From Gammaproteobacteria bacterium (lineage in GTDB: Bacteria > Pseudomonadota > Gammaproteobacteria > JAUZRS01), in assembly GCA_030949385.1 (NCBI GenBank), contig JAUZSP010000002.1, positions 200,534 through 264,533 on the forward strand: DNA of 64,000 bases. Reading direction: 5' to 3'. This document shows positions 24,149-36,031 of the stretch, in pieces (within the stretch, counting starts at the first letter, position 1; the number at the start of each line of letters is the position of its first letter). A program made the translations under genes and the position numbers. The notes beneath the pieces were generated by a model. The model was not told where the DNA came from, did no database searches, and saw only the letters and a program-made list of their open reading frames with translations.

Positions 24149-26230
24149 GTGACTGCCTACAGTAAAAAGTTTCAGTTTGGTGACCATGAAGTCACTTTAG
24201 AGACCGGTGAAATTGCCCGTCAAGCGTCGGGTGCCGTGTTGGTAAAAATGCTGGACACCGAGGTGCTGGTGACGGTTGTGGGGCAAAAAGAGAGTGCCCC
24301 AGGGCGTGACTTTTTCCCCATGACGGTGAATTACCAAGAGCGTGCTTACGCTGCGGGTCGTATTCCAGGTGGTTTTTTTAAGCGTGAAGGTCGCTCCACT
24401 GAGACCGAAACTCTGGTTTGTCGTTTGATTGATCGTCCGCTGCGTCCGTTGTTTCCAAAAGGCTACACCAATGAAGTGCAGATCATCGCCACGGTGATGT
24501 CCGCTGATGAAGGCATCAACCCCGATGTCCTCTCTATCATTGGTGCTTCGGCGGCGCTGGCCATTTCTGGCTTGCCCTTTGATGGTCCTGTAGGCGCGGC
24601 GCGGGTCGGTTATAAAAACGGCCAATTTTCGCTGAATCCGACTTTTTCTGAGCTGGAAGAGTCAGATCTGGATCTGGTGGTTGCGGGTACCGACAAAGCG
24701 GTCTTGATGGTGGAGTCGGAAGCCAATTTGCTCTCGGAAGAGGTGATGTTGGATGCGGTGATGTACGGTCACGAACAGCTGCAAGTGGCGATCAAAGCGA
24801 TTAGCGAACTGGCAGCGGAAGTGAACAAACCCGTGCAAGAGTGGCAGGCACCTGAAGCAGATGTGGCATTGGCACAAGCCGTTGCGGCAGCCTGTGAAAG
24901 TGATTTGGCTGCGGCTTACGCGGTGGCAGAAAAACTGCAACGTCAGGATCTGGTTAAAGCGGCGCGTAATTTGGCGGTTGCCACCGTTGCTTCTGACGAC
25001 GGTTGGAGCAGCGATGAGGTTTCCGCTGCGTTTAGCGCATTGGAAAAAACCCTTGTCCGTAGTCGTGTGTTGGCTGGTGAAAAACGCATTGATGGCCGTG
25101 ATTTGGTTACGGTACGTCCGATTTCGGTGCGTACCGGTGTCTTGGCGCGTACTCATGGCTCAGCCTTGTTTACTCGCGGTGAAACCCAAGCCTTGGTGGT
25201 TACCACCTTGGGTACCGGTCGTGATGCGCAGATCATTGATGCATTGGAAGGCGAACGGCGTGAAAACTTTATTTTTCACTACAATTTCCCTCCCTATTCT
25301 GTAGCGGAAACCGGTCGGGTTGGCTCTCCAGGGCGACGTGAGATCGGTCACGGTCGGCTGGCCAAACGCGGTGTGCAGGCGGTGATGCCGAACGAAGAAG
25401 ATTTCCCCTACACCTTGCGGGTGGTCTCTGAAATCACCGAGTCTAACGGTTCCAGTTCAATGGCCAGTGTCTGTGGTTCCAGCCTGTCGATGATGGATGC
25501 CGGTGTGCCGTTAAAAGCACCTGTCGCCGGTATTGCTATGGGTTTGATCAAAGAGGGTGAATCCTTTGCGATTTTGAGCGACATCATCGGTGATGAAGAT
25601 CACTTAGGTGATATGGACTTTAAGGTGGCCGGTTCTAAAGACGGTGTGACCGCTCTGCAGATGGACATCAAAATCGGCGGCATCACTCGTGAAATCATGC
25701 AGATTGCATTGACTCAAGCGAAAGAAGGTCGTCTGTTTATCTTGGAGGCGATGAGCGGTGAATTGACCTCTGCACGTCAAGACATGTCGGAATTTGCGCC
25801 GCGTTTCATTACGGTTAAAATTGATCCTGAGAAGATCTCTTCGGTGATCGGTAAAGGCGGTTCAGTGATTCGAGCCTTGACCGAAGAGACCGGCGCTAAC
25901 ATTGAGATCGGTGATGACGGTTTGATTAAAATCGCTTCCGCAGATCGCAAGGCCGGTGAAGAAGCCAAACGTCGCATTGAGCAGATTACCGCCGATGTGG
26001 AAGTGGGCAGTATTTACGAAGGCAAAGTGTCCAAGATTATGGACTTTGGTGCCTTTGTGAATATTTTGCCGGGTAAAGACGGTCTGGTACACATTTCACA
26101 AATCTCCGATGAGCGGGTTCAGAACGTCAGTGATGAACTTAAGGAAGGTGAAATGGTCAAGGTGAAGGTGCTCGAAATTGATAAGCAGGGTCGCATTCGT
26201 TTGAGTATGAAGGCGGTTAATGCGGGTTAA
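24149..26230 (+). CDS. pnp: Polyribonucleotide nucleotidyltransferase (PNPase)
   Basis: Colinear with E. coli PNPase including the KH and S1 C-terminal domains. GTG start. Confidence 0.95.
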   Translation: MTAYSKKFQFGDHEVTLETGEIARQASGAVLVKMLDTEVLVTVVGQKESAPGRDFFPMTVNYQERAYAAGRIPGGFFKREGRSTETETLVCRLIDRPLRPLFPKGYTNEVQIIATVMSADEGINPDVLSIIGASAALAISGLPFDGPVGAARVGYKNGQFSLNPTFSELEESDLDLVVAGTDKAVLMVESEANLLSEEVMLDAVMYGHEQLQVAIKAISELAAEVNKPVQEWQAPEADVALAQAVAAACESDLAAAYAVAEKLQRQDLVKAARNLAVATVASDDGWSSDEVSAAFSALEKTLVRSRVLAGEKRIDGRDLVTVRPISVRTGVLARTHGSALFTRGETQALVVTTLGTGRDAQIIDALEGERRENFIFHYNFPPYSVAETGRVGSPGRREIGHGRLAKRGVQAVMPNEEDFPYTLRVVSEITESNGSSSMASVCGSSLSMMDAGVPLKAPVAGIAMGLIKEGESFAILSDIIGDEDHLGDMDFKVAGSKDGVTALQMDIKIGGITREIMQIALTQAKEGRLFILEAMSGELTSARQDMSEFAPRFITVKIDPEKISSVIGKGGSVIRALTEETGANIEIGDDGLIKIASADRKAGEEAKRRIEQITADVEVGSIYEGKVSKIMDFGAFVNILPGKDGLVHISQISDERVQNVSDELKEGEMVKVKVLEIDKQGRIRLSMKAVNAG

Positions 26231-26255
26231 GTTTAAACCTTGGGTTGGATGTTTA

Positions 26256-26283
26256 AAGAGGGAGCTTTAAGCTCCCTTTTTTT

Positions 26284-26284
<1 letters not shown>
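26256..26284 (+). terminator. Rho-independent terminator after pnp
   Basis: AGAGGGAGC tttaa GCTCCCT followed by TTTTTTT. Confidence 0.65.
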
Positions 26285-27658
<1,374 letters not shown>

Positions 27659-27744
27659 TTGAGGTTTGACTCTTGTCGCAGCAATTGTTGCCGGTTAAGA
27701 TAAAAGTTCTATTCGCATTTTTTGAATAAAAAGGAAGCTAAAAA

Positions 27745-28170
27745 ATGAAGTACGTTATTGCGTTGTTAGGGTGTGTTGTTTCTCTGTTTGCGGTGAGCGT
27801 TCAAGCGGGGGATATGATGCGTTCTGCTTCTCCTGCAGGTGCGATGCTCTACATTATCTCACCTGTTGATGGAGCCGTGGTCTCTTCTGAGATGACGGTG
27901 AAATTTGGTCTGAAGGGAATGGGCGTTGCTCCTGCTGGAGTGGAGAAAAAGAACACCGGCCATCATCATCTGTTGGTGGACGGTAAAATGCTGCCTGCAT
28001 TTGATAAACCGATGGGTGGCGAGGTGAAGCATTTTGGTGGTGGTCAGACTGAAACAATGATCACGTTGAGCAAAGGCATGCATACCTTGCAGCTGGTGTT
28101 GGGAGATCGTTTTCATGTGCCACACAGCCCAGCGGTGGTGTCGAAGAAAATTACCGTGACGGTTAAATAA
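27745..28170 (+). CDS. Secreted protein, DUF4399-like
   Basis: Signal peptide (MKYVIALLGCVVSLFAVSVQA), His-rich GHHHLLVDG segment. Family assignment from memory only. Confidence 0.35.
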   Translation: MKYVIALLGCVVSLFAVSVQAGDMMRSASPAGAMLYIISPVDGAVVSSEMTVKFGLKGMGVAPAGVEKKNTGHHHLLVDGKMLPAFDKPMGGEVKHFGGGQTETMITLSKGMHTLQLVLGDRFHVPHSPAVVSKKITVTVK

Positions 28171-29026
28171 CCGGGCTTTCTAAGCAGGCTGTCAGTCCTT
28201 CTTTTAGGCTGGGGTACTTTAGTTCAACGCCGAGGTGCTCCCGTAACAGTCGGTTGTCGATCCGTTTTGATTCGGCCAGATAGGAGCGCATTCCTAGACT
28301 TAATTGGCTCTCCATCTCTTCTTTAGTGATGACCTTCGGTCGGGGCAATTGCAGCGCATCGGCAACTTGGAAAAAGTAGTCGCTCATGGTGCTGGGGTGG
28401 CCATCGGCAACATTATAAAGTGGTTTTGGTTCGGGGTGATGTGCCGCTGCCACGCAGGCTTGGGTCAGGTCTTCAATTTGGATTCGGTTGCTGTAAGGTG
28501 AGGCTTCCGGTGCCAAAACCGGTTGGCCGCTGAGCAGCCGTTTACGCGGTAATTTTCCTGTGCCGTAGATTCCTGGCACTCTTAAGACGACAATCTTTAC
28601 CCCGTTTGTTTCTCCCCATTGCATTAATCTTTGTTCCGCCGACCAACGTCGATGGGCGCGATCCGCTTGTGGGTTGGAGGGGCGAGTCTCATTGATCCAC
28701 TCTCCATTGCAGTTACCGTAGACTCCGGTGGTACTGATTAACACGACCCTTTTTGGTCTCTGTTTGCCGATGGCAGTGAGAAAGTTATGTATGCGTGGAT
28801 CATGCTGGCCTTGACTGGGAGGGGGGGCGCAGTAATAGACGATTTTTTGCTCTACTTCTAATTCGGTGAGGCTGTCTGTGTCGTCTAGGTTGGCGGTCAC
28901 AGAGACAATCTGTGGATGTTCAAATTTAGAACGGCAGAGAGCTTCAATCTGCTTGCCTACCTGTATTTCAGCCTTGGCTAAATAACGCCCCAGATAGCCG
29001 TAACCAACGATGAGGACTTTGTTCAT
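28163..29026 (-). CDS. NAD-dependent epimerase/dehydratase (SDR-family) protein
   Basis: N-terminal Rossmann LIVGYGYLGRYLA. About 285 aa. 4-bp overlap with the upstream NUDIX gene. Confidence 0.55.
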   Translation of the reverse strand: MNKVLIVGYGYLGRYLAKAEIQVGKQIEALCRSKFEHPQIVSVTANLDDTDSLTELEVEQKIVYYCAPPPSQGQHDPRIHNFLTAIGKQRPKRVVLISTTGVYGNCNGEWINETRPSNPQADRAHRRWSAEQRLMQWGETNGVKIVVLRVPGIYGTGKLPRKRLLSGQPVLAPEASPYSNRIQIEDLTQACVAAAHHPEPKPLYNVADGHPSTMSDYFFQVADALQLPRPKVITKEEMESQLSLGMRSYLAESKRIDNRLLREHLGVELKYPSLKEGLTACLESPVI

Positions 29027-29961
29027 GCTTCTGGATGACTCACTTTAGGAAAGGGGTGATGCAGGCCATTGATAATGGTCAGATAATCGGGATGATCGGG
29101 TTTGATGTAACCGACTCGAATCAGAAAGTCGATAATGACCAAGTTGCAGTTGAGTTTGAACTCGTCGCTGTTTTGCACGATGTCGGCAATCTCATCAAGA
29201 CCGTAGAGTTGAAACGACTCCGTTTCACCGTCACTGCCGTGGGGAGTAAAATCAGTGGGTAATTCCAGATCGTAGCAGTAGAGTAGATCTTGTTTGAGGC
29301 CTTCTTTGCTTTCGCGACAATAACTGATGGCACCGACGGATTGGGCTTGCTGTGCTAATTCACGGCTTAGGGTGGCTTCTTCAGCGCACTCTTTGGCCAA
29401 ATTGTCTTCTAGGCTGATGTTGATGGGCAGACCACCGGCGACCATGTTATCCAGCTTTCCGGGTGCGTGCCAGCGATCCAGTGCGCGTCTGCCAAGCCAA
29501 AGTTTGATCTCCCCGTGCTGTTTGACGTAACCGTTGAGGTGTTGGCCAAAAGCACGAATGCCAAAGTAGGGTGCGGCAGAACGATCCAGTTGGCAGAGTG
29601 CCTGTGAGCGCTCGTTGGCCGTAATGGGGTAGAGTTCGCCGTGCAGATTGTGAATCAGTTCTTGCTGGTGCAGGGCCTGTGTGACTTCTTGCAGTGCTGA
29701 GCTTCGTTTTGCAAAGGTGTTGAGTTGGTGGTTGAGGTGAATGCCGCTGCGCTCTTGCTGAAACCAGTTTGGCCATTGATCTAGGAGTCGGCGGGCAAAC
29801 TCAGGGCGTAACCAGCCCACCAATGTTTGTTGGATAAAAAAGGCCAAAAAGCGATCTATTTGATGGCGGTTGCAGCGTTGAATGGGATCAAGGTAACTCA
29901 CTCTGTGCACCTCTGTGAATAAAATAAAGTTCATTGTGGCGTGCCGCGAGGAGGATGCCAA
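29023..29961 (-). CDS. NUDIX-family hydrolase with N-terminal extension
   Basis: Nudix-box-like GGLPINISLEDNLAKECAEEATL about 150 aa into the protein. Confidence 0.5.
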   Translation of the reverse strand: MASSSRHATMNFILFTEVHRVSYLDPIQRCNRHQIDRFLAFFIQQTLVGWLRPEFARRLLDQWPNWFQQERSGIHLNHQLNTFAKRSSALQEVTQALHQQELIHNLHGELYPITANERSQALCQLDRSAAPYFGIRAFGQHLNGYVKQHGEIKLWLGRRALDRWHAPGKLDNMVAGGLPINISLEDNLAKECAEEATLSRELAQQAQSVGAISYCRESKEGLKQDLLYCYDLELPTDFTPHGSDGETESFQLYGLDEIADIVQNSDEFKLNCNLVIIDFLIRVGYIKPDHPDYLTIINGLHHPFPKVSHPEA

Positions 29962-30106
29962 GTTGTGATTGTGGCTTAATTATGGAACGACGTGCTCAGG
30001 TTTTCCTTGTTGGCTTAAATAGCTGTGTTTTGCATTGACTCTTGGGGATGATTCACCACAATGTGGTCTTAGGGTTTAAGAAAACAGTCATAAAAGGAGT
30101 GGACTG

Positions 30107-30623
30107 ATGAAGAGTGTATTGATTGCGACTGTGGTCGGTTTTGCGGTTATTGTATTGCAGAGTTGTTCGCCAGATACCTCATCACAAAATGCTCGACAAG
30201 GGTTTAACAGCGGTATAAAACCGAATGTTGTGGCCATTCCAGAAAACAGTCCTGAAACACCCCCCCGCTCCAGTTGTTACAACTGAAGTCGTTTCTCTTT
30301 TGGTAGAAAAACCTGCTGTAGCGGGGTCTATGCAAACAGAACCTTCGCAGGATAAGGTGGTTTCATTGCAAAAAATTCGAGCTACCGCCTGGCCAGCGGT
30401 ACCCACTACTACGGAATTGGAAGCGTCAGCCAGTCGTTATTTGGTCTCTTTGGAGATGTACCGGCGAGCCTTGGAGACAAAACGTGAGTCGCTGGAGTTG
30501 GCGCGCCAAGAAGGTGTAATGCAGTCGTCAGAGTATGCGGCGATGATTGATCGTTATCGACAAGGCATTCGAGCGTATCGTTTGGGTTACGCGCGTTATA
30601 AACAGCGCCAAGAAAAGCGGTGA
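30107..30623 (+). CDS. Lipoprotein (Pro/Thr-rich linker plus helical C-terminal domain), frame interrupted at a C7 tract
   Basis: AAGGAG RBS, signal peptide MKSVLIATVVGFAVIVLQSC with lipobox Cys. The frame of 30107 stops at 30283. The frame of 30225..30623 continues the Pro-rich sequence. The two are joined by a 1-nt change in CCCCCCC at 30260-30266. Confidence 0.5.
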
Positions 30624-30624
30624 A

Positions 30625-31146
30625 TTATGAGCTCTCTTTATTGGCTTTTTCCGAGAAGCGTTTTGCGGTGCTGCGTACATTGATTAACAGTTTTTGCAGG
30701 GAACGTTTGGGAAACAGATTGCGCAGTGGTTTTGGAATGCAGCTGGCAATTTTGTCGCTGCCGTTGATGAGCGCTGGACGACTTTGTTCCCACCACGTTT
30801 CTGGGCGTTTGAGTAGACGAGTTTCCAGCTGTTGCAGCTCGTGATACACCCGTTTGCGTTTAATCTGAAAAACATCAAGACCTTCCTGAGAAAAATTCCC
30901 ATTTTGATGCCAATGTTTGACGTCATCGCCGACTTTTTCGGTAATGGCACGGATTTTTTGGTACTGTCTGCTGCTCAGTAGTTCTTCACTGTCGTAACGA
31001 TGAGAGCGAAAAATCACACCCTGTGTTTCCGTTGCCTTTCTGCGCAACTCCTCCATTTCTCCTGAGACATGGTGAAATTTGCGTTTGAACAGAGCTTGAT
31101 ATTCGCGTCGTTGTTGTTTCATTGTCAGTGAGCCGTTGCATTTCAT
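30625..31146 (-). CDS. Hypothetical basic, helical protein
   Basis: 173-aa ORF convergent with the lipoprotein gene. No family recognised. Confidence 0.3.
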   Translation of the reverse strand: MKCNGSLTMKQQRREYQALFKRKFHHVSGEMEELRRKATETQGVIFRSHRYDSEELLSSRQYQKIRAITEKVGDDVKHWHQNGNFSQEGLDVFQIKRKRVYHELQQLETRLLKRPETWWEQSRPALINGSDKIASCIPKPLRNLFPKRSLQKLLINVRSTAKRFSEKANKESS

Positions 31147-31321
31147 CGTTACGTTTGTCCTCGTAAATGTAACAAATTCATTTGGTGGGGTGGAGATTAA
31201 GCTGAGTTAATTTGAGATAAGTGAAAAAATATCAGAAAAAGTTCTTTTAATGGGAATTTTTTGGCCATTAGAATCTGCTAATATCATTTTTTTAGATTAA
31301 ATATGAGTGAATGAGTTTTTT

Positions 31322-32014
31322 ATGGATAAAAAGATGTTTTTGTTTCTGTTGGTTTTATCGAGTTCATTGCAGGCCGAGGGCTGGCAAGGTGAGGGTGAGT
31401 TGGGTGTTACTTTGACATCAGGCAACAGTGAAACCCAGAGTTGGAATGGCCGTATTGATCTAAAACACGACAGTGAACAGTGGCGTAACAGCCTTGGTTT
31501 GCAGAGTTTGAAAGCCTCAAACGAAGCGGTGGTGACGGCGGAGCGTTATGTGGCCGCGCTGAAATCCGATTATAAGTTCAAGCGTAATTACGCATTTTTG
31601 GCGTTTCGTTACGAAGATGATCGTTTCAGTGGTTACGATTATCAAACCTCGTTAACACTGGGTTTGGGGCGACGTTTTTGGGACAGCGAAGGGAAATTAT
31701 TGGATCTCTCCATCGGTTTGGGTAACAAGCGTTCCAGTGACAGCGTGACTGCTTTGGTTTCAAGCGAGGCGATTTTGCGGGGTGGGTTGTTATTCAGTTA
31801 CCCGTTGAATAAGCAGGTCAGTTTGAGTGAAGAGCTGTTGCTGGAGTCGGGACAAGCGTTGGTGCAAACCCAATCGGTGACGGCGTTGGCGGTCAATATG
31901 AGCCAGAATTTAGCGGCAAAATTTTCTCTGACCGCAACCCACAATTCACAGGTGCCGGTGGGCAGTGAGAAGACCGATACGATTACCGCCGTGTCACTGC
32001 TCTACCGATTGTGA
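31322..32014 (+). CDS. DUF481 (YdiY-like) outer-membrane beta-barrel protein
   Basis: Signal peptide MDKKMFLFLLVLSSSLQA. Alternating-hydrophobic strands and an aromatic C-terminus (LLYRL). Confidence 0.5.
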   Translation: MDKKMFLFLLVLSSSLQAEGWQGEGELGVTLTSGNSETQSWNGRIDLKHDSEQWRNSLGLQSLKASNEAVVTAERYVAALKSDYKFKRNYAFLAFRYEDDRFSGYDYQTSLTLGLGRRFWDSEGKLLDLSIGLGNKRSSDSVTALVSSEAILRGGLLFSYPLNKQVSLSEELLLESGQALVQTQSVTALAVNMSQNLAAKFSLTATHNSQVPVGSEKTDTITAVSLLYRL

Positions 32015-32022
32015 TGGGGTTT

Positions 32023-32295
32023 TTAGCCGAGGCGATAGTGTTTGTTGACCTCTTCTAAAATTTGCCAATGGCAGGCTAATCCGGCGGGAAAGGTGATGTA
32101 GTCACCGGCAAAAAACTCCATTGGCTCGCCGTCTTTTGGGGTGACGATGATGTGGCCATCAAGCAGATAACAGGCTTCGTCTACTTTGTAGAGCCACTCA
32201 AATTCTGAGATGCCCTTGTTCCACAGCGGCCAGTCATAAACACCCCAGACTTCCAGTTTGCCAGGGGCGGGGTTGCGTTCAAATAAGATGTGCAT
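32023..32295 (-). CDS. Small cupin-domain protein
   Basis: 90 aa with a cupin-like G-x5-pxG...H core. Confidence 0.45.
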   Translation of the reverse strand: MHILFERNPAPGKLEVWGVYDWPLWNKGISEFEWLYKVDEACYLLDGHIIVTPKDGEPMEFFAGDYITFPAGLACHWQILEEVNKHYRLG

Positions 32296-32313
32296 TGAAA
32301 AAATACCTTGTTG

Positions 32314-32652
32314 TTAGCGAGTGGGGCTGTTCCAGTCGTCCAGATTGGCGGGGCAGAGCACGCCACGCATGGTGTTGATCAGGGTGAGGATTTGATCGTT
32401 ACGGATGCGGTAATAGATTCGGTTGGCTTCTTTGCGTGAGACCAGAATGTTTTTATTGCGCAGCTGATCCAGGTGTTGGGAGATATTGCTCTGCGTGGTG
32501 CCGACTTTTTCCATGATTTCACGCACCGACAATTCGGTGCCGCCCAAGGAACAGATGATTTTCCAGCGCAGCGGATGAGCCATCGCTTTGAGGGCGTTGG
32601 CGGTCAGCTCGGTATCTTCTTCCGGTTCGTTGGGCAAATTGGGGGTCGTCAT
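32314..32652 (-). CDS. ArsR/SmtB-family transcriptional regulator
   Basis: Winged-helix HTH LSVREIMEKVGTTQSNISQHLDQLRNKNIL. Confidence 0.8.
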   Translation of the reverse strand: MTTPNLPNEPEEDTELTANALKAMAHPLRWKIICSLGGTELSVREIMEKVGTTQSNISQHLDQLRNKNILVSRKEANRIYYRIRNDQILTLINTMRGVLCPANLDDWNSPTR

Positions 32653-32716
32653 GCTAAAGCTCCGTGGCAGGTGAATCCATCAGTGAGCACTGTACTGGAT
32701 TGGGCAGAGAGTTTCA

Positions 32717-33583
32717 TTAAGTCACTGCTTCTGGGTTTGTGAGACGGCTGTAACCGCTCATGTTTTTCGCAATGCAGATGATGTCACTGATCTCTTGGTG
32801 TTCATTGTGTAGCGCCGTGCGCGAGAAGAGAATCGGTACGCGGCTGTTGTCTTGGGCGATAAAACGCGCTTCGATGTCTCGAATCGCGCCGGTACGAATC
32901 AGCGCTTCCAGCCAGATGCCCATAAAGGCTTTGGCCTGAACCTGATCCTCTTCTTCAAAGACATCGCCAATGGCCATGCTAACCAACTCTTTTTCTGTGT
33001 AACCGAGCATCTGGCAGGCGGCGGGGTTGACGGATTTTATTTTGCCCTCGGGGTCGAGAATCAACAGTGCTTCACCCATCGTTTGTAAAATACTCTGCAG
33101 ATAATTATTGGCCTGTTTCAGCTCGGCGGTGCGCTGTGCGACCTGCTCTTCCAGCCGCTGGTTTAGTTCTCGCTCTTTTTCGATGAGGCGAAAGTAGGTG
33201 CTGATTTTATTCAGCAGTTGGTGGTCATCAATGGGTTTGAGTAGGTAGTCGGCAGCTCCCAGTGCGTAGCCTTTTTTCTGAAACTCATCGCTTTTAAACG
33301 CAGCGGTGAGGAAGATAATCGGAATGTCGCGGGTTTTTTTGCGAATCTTCAACATCGAAGCGGTTTCAAAACCGTCCATCTCGGGCATCTGCACATCAAG
33401 AATAATTAGGTCGATGTTACTGATGCTGAGCGCCAGCTCAATGGCTTTTTTACCGCTGTCGGCCTGTAAAATCTCCAGATCCATTTGGCTGTTGAGCAGG
33501 CTCTGCAAGCTGAAGAGGTTGTTGGGATTGTCATCGACAATCAGTACTTTAAAGCCGTTGTAGCGCGTCATGGGACTCTCCAA
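32717..33583 (-). CDS. Response regulator: receiver (REC) domain fused to a PAS domain
   Basis: KVLIVDD...DLIILDVQMPEMDGFE...K receiver motifs, then a coiled-coil and a PAS-like domain. Overlaps the upstream kinase gene. Confidence 0.8.
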   Translation of the reverse strand: MESPMTRYNGFKVLIVDDNPNNLFSLQSLLNSQMDLEILQADSGKKAIELALSISNIDLIILDVQMPEMDGFETASMLKIRKKTRDIPIIFLTAAFKSDEFQKKGYALGAADYLLKPIDDHQLLNKISTYFRLIEKERELNQRLEEQVAQRTAELKQANNYLQSILQTMGEALLILDPEGKIKSVNPAACQMLGYTEKELVSMAIGDVFEEEDQVQAKAFMGIWLEALIRTGAIRDIEARFIAQDNSRVPILFSRTALHNEHQEISDIICIAKNMSGYSRLTNPEAVT

Positions 33584-35930
33584 GGGAGGGTGAGAGGTAT
33601 TGGTTTAGGGTTTTCAATAGGGCGGGATGCTCAAGTGGTTTGTTTAGGCTGTCTGTGGCTCCGATAGCCAAACAGCGTATTTGATCTGTGTTTTGATCAC
33701 GCTCAATGAGAGAAATAACGGTCAGTTTCTGGAAGCGCGTCTGTTGGCGTAGGTTCTCCAGTGTTGCAAAGCCATCCATCTCTGGCATTCGCATATCCAA
33801 TAAGACCAAATCAAAATCGGGTTCATCTTGTAGGGTTTCTAAGGCTTCTTGGCCATCACCGGCAGCGGTGACGTGCAGATTCCAGCTCTCCAACAGCGGC
33901 GTTAAGCTGAGTAGGACGTTTAAATCGTTTTCCACCAGCAGCAGGCGTTGTTGTTTGAAGTTCGCTTCCAGCAGAGGCGGTGCGATTGAGTGGCTTGCGT
34001 GTGGAGCAGGAGAGGCGGCGTTTTCTTGATGGGTAATAATAACGTGCTGCTCATCAATTCGGTCTGTATCGACCTCCAGCGGCAAATGGAGGCTGAAGGT
34101 TGAGCCGTGATTGGCTTGGCTCTCTAAGTGTATCTCGGCTCCAAGCAGATGTGCCAATTCGCGGCTGATGCTGAGCCCCAGCCCAGTGCCACCAAAACGA
34201 CGGTTGGTGGAGCCGTCGGCTTGCCGAAAGGCCTCAAAGATCAACTGCTGCTTCTCTTTTGCAATGCCAATGCCGCTGTCGTGAACGCTGATCTGGATCG
34301 GGTGTGAGTGCTGGTTTTCAGCTGGGTTGTTCTGTAGCCGAATCTCAACGCCGCCCTGTTGGGTGAATTTGACCGCATTGGAGAGGAAGTTTTTAATGAT
34401 TTGGCGCAATTTTTCACGGTCGCTGGTGATCTGCGTCTGTGCCAGCGGCTCAATATGCAGGCTGAGGCTGAGGTGTTTAGCCGCAAACTGAGGTTGCAGC
34501 AGCTCCAGCAATTCGTGCAGCAGGGGGGTGAGGTTAACGGGTTCCAGATGAATGTTGCACTTGCGGGCTTCGATTTGTGACAGATCCAAAATATTGTCGA
34601 TCAGTGATTTCAGGTCTGAACCGGCGTTGTGAATCACTTGGGCTTGTTGGCGGTTTTCCGCATTTAATGTGTCCTGTTGGCTGAGCAACTTGGAGAGCAG
34701 CAAGATGGAGTTCAGTGGGGTGCGCAGTTCGTGACTGACATTGGCTAAAAATTCCGATTTATAACGGTTCGATTCTTCCAGCTCTTTGGCGTGATGACGC
34801 AGCTTTTGGCTGTGTTGGCTGTGGCTTTTAGACAGTTGGCTCAGTTCGTCGCTCAGTTGTTTGACTTCTTGTGGGCCAGACCAGTGAAAGCGGACTTCGC
34901 CATCGCCTTTGAGGACTTGGCTGATGCCCATAAGCAGTTCACGGCCAAAGGTGGAGAGGCGCTTGGCGATCCAGTGGGCGATCAGTAACACCAGCACAAA
35001 TAGAATGGCCATCACCAGCAGGGTGCGGTTTTCGAGTCGATTGCTAAAAGTCTCCATCGGCGAGGGATCAACGCGCCTGCCAACCCACAGTGAGCCGTTT
35101 TTTTCCGTAGCAAACAGCGGTACCCAGATCACTTGAGCTTGATCTGCTTGTTTCCAGAGGGCGAAGGTGCCCTTGGCAAACAGTTCTTTTAGGCCAGGAT
35201 AATCTGTGAAGGCCTGAGCGTTATCGTTGACCGCTTCGCCGTATTTTAGGTAGCTGCCGTTGTTATAAACCCAGTAGGTGTCTTGGTAGGCTTTGGCCAG
35301 TCCGCCAATGTCCAGATGCACAACCACCGCTCCCAGATGGGGTGTATTGGTGTCCGTTGAGATTGGGCTAATTAGGCTGAGGTTCATAAAATGACGTGGG
35401 TTAACGCGCCCTGCTGCGGGGTTAAACCGAATCGCTCCGACCAGCACCACACCTGCGGGGCTGTTGAGGCTGGTGTGAAACAGGCGGGTGTTTACCGGTG
35501 TGCTTGTTTGCTGGCAAGCAGAAAAATTAAGGGTTTGCGGGTCGCGTTCCAGACAAAATTGGATGGCGGCCATTGGATCTAAAAACAGCACTTGGGTGAT
35601 GTCTTGTTGATCTTTGAGGATGTGATTCAGCCAGTCGGTGTAACGAATGCGCTCTTTTTCCAGATCAATTTGAAAACCCTTAGGCGGCGGCGTGTGTTTG
35701 AGCTGGATGCCGGGTTCAGGAAATTTGGTCAGCAGGCGCACCATTTCGTGACGGGTGGCGAGGTGCTGTTCCACATCACGAAAGTCATCGCGCAAACTTT
35801 GCAGATAGGCTTTGTGATAGAGCATCTCCAGCTGGTTGAACATCAGCGGGGCATTGATGCTGATGGCAACCAGCAGAGGCGCGGTGCCAAAAAAAAGCAG
35901 AAAAATAAGAATTTGGCTGCGAAGTTTCAT
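33549..35930 (-). CDS. Hybrid sensor histidine kinase (periplasmic sensor, HisKA, HATPase_c, two receiver domains)
   Basis: N-terminal TM, about 270-aa periplasmic domain, second TM. H-box FLANVSHELRTPLNSI. G1/G2 boxes (DSGIGI, GGTGLGLSI). Two D-containing receiver domains (LLVENDL..., DLVLLDMRMPEMDGF). Confidence 0.85.
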   Translation of the reverse strand: MKLRSQILIFLLFFGTAPLLVAISINAPLMFNQLEMLYHKAYLQSLRDDFRDVEQHLATRHEMVRLLTKFPEPGIQLKHTPPPKGFQIDLEKERIRYTDWLNHILKDQQDITQVLFLDPMAAIQFCLERDPQTLNFSACQQTSTPVNTRLFHTSLNSPAGVVLVGAIRFNPAAGRVNPRHFMNLSLISPISTDTNTPHLGAVVVHLDIGGLAKAYQDTYWVYNNGSYLKYGEAVNDNAQAFTDYPGLKELFAKGTFALWKQADQAQVIWVPLFATEKNGSLWVGRRVDPSPMETFSNRLENRTLLVMAILFVLVLLIAHWIAKRLSTFGRELLMGISQVLKGDGEVRFHWSGPQEVKQLSDELSQLSKSHSQHSQKLRHHAKELEESNRYKSEFLANVSHELRTPLNSILLLSKLLSQQDTLNAENRQQAQVIHNAGSDLKSLIDNILDLSQIEARKCNIHLEPVNLTPLLHELLELLQPQFAAKHLSLSLHIEPLAQTQITSDREKLRQIIKNFLSNAVKFTQQGGVEIRLQNNPAENQHSHPIQISVHDSGIGIAKEKQQLIFEAFRQADGSTNRRFGGTGLGLSISRELAHLLGAEIHLESQANHGSTFSLHLPLEVDTDRIDEQHVIITHQENAASPAPHASHSIAPPLLEANFKQQRLLLVENDLNVLLSLTPLLESWNLHVTAAGDGQEALETLQDEPDFDLVLLDMRMPEMDGFATLENLRQQTRFQKLTVISLIERDQNTDQIRCLAIGATDSLNKPLEHPALLKTLNQYLSPSLGESHDALQRL

Positions 35931-35931
35931 C

Positions 35932-36008
<77 letters not shown>

Positions 36009-36031
36009 GAAAGGGTGCCGATTATAACCTG

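Noticed and set aside
30225-30623. Independent 132-aa gene starting at 30225 inside the lipoprotein locus
   Set aside because: No RBS. Its start lies within the upstream lipoprotein ORF and its N-terminus simply continues the Pro-rich linker. It is better explained as the out-of-frame remainder of one gene.
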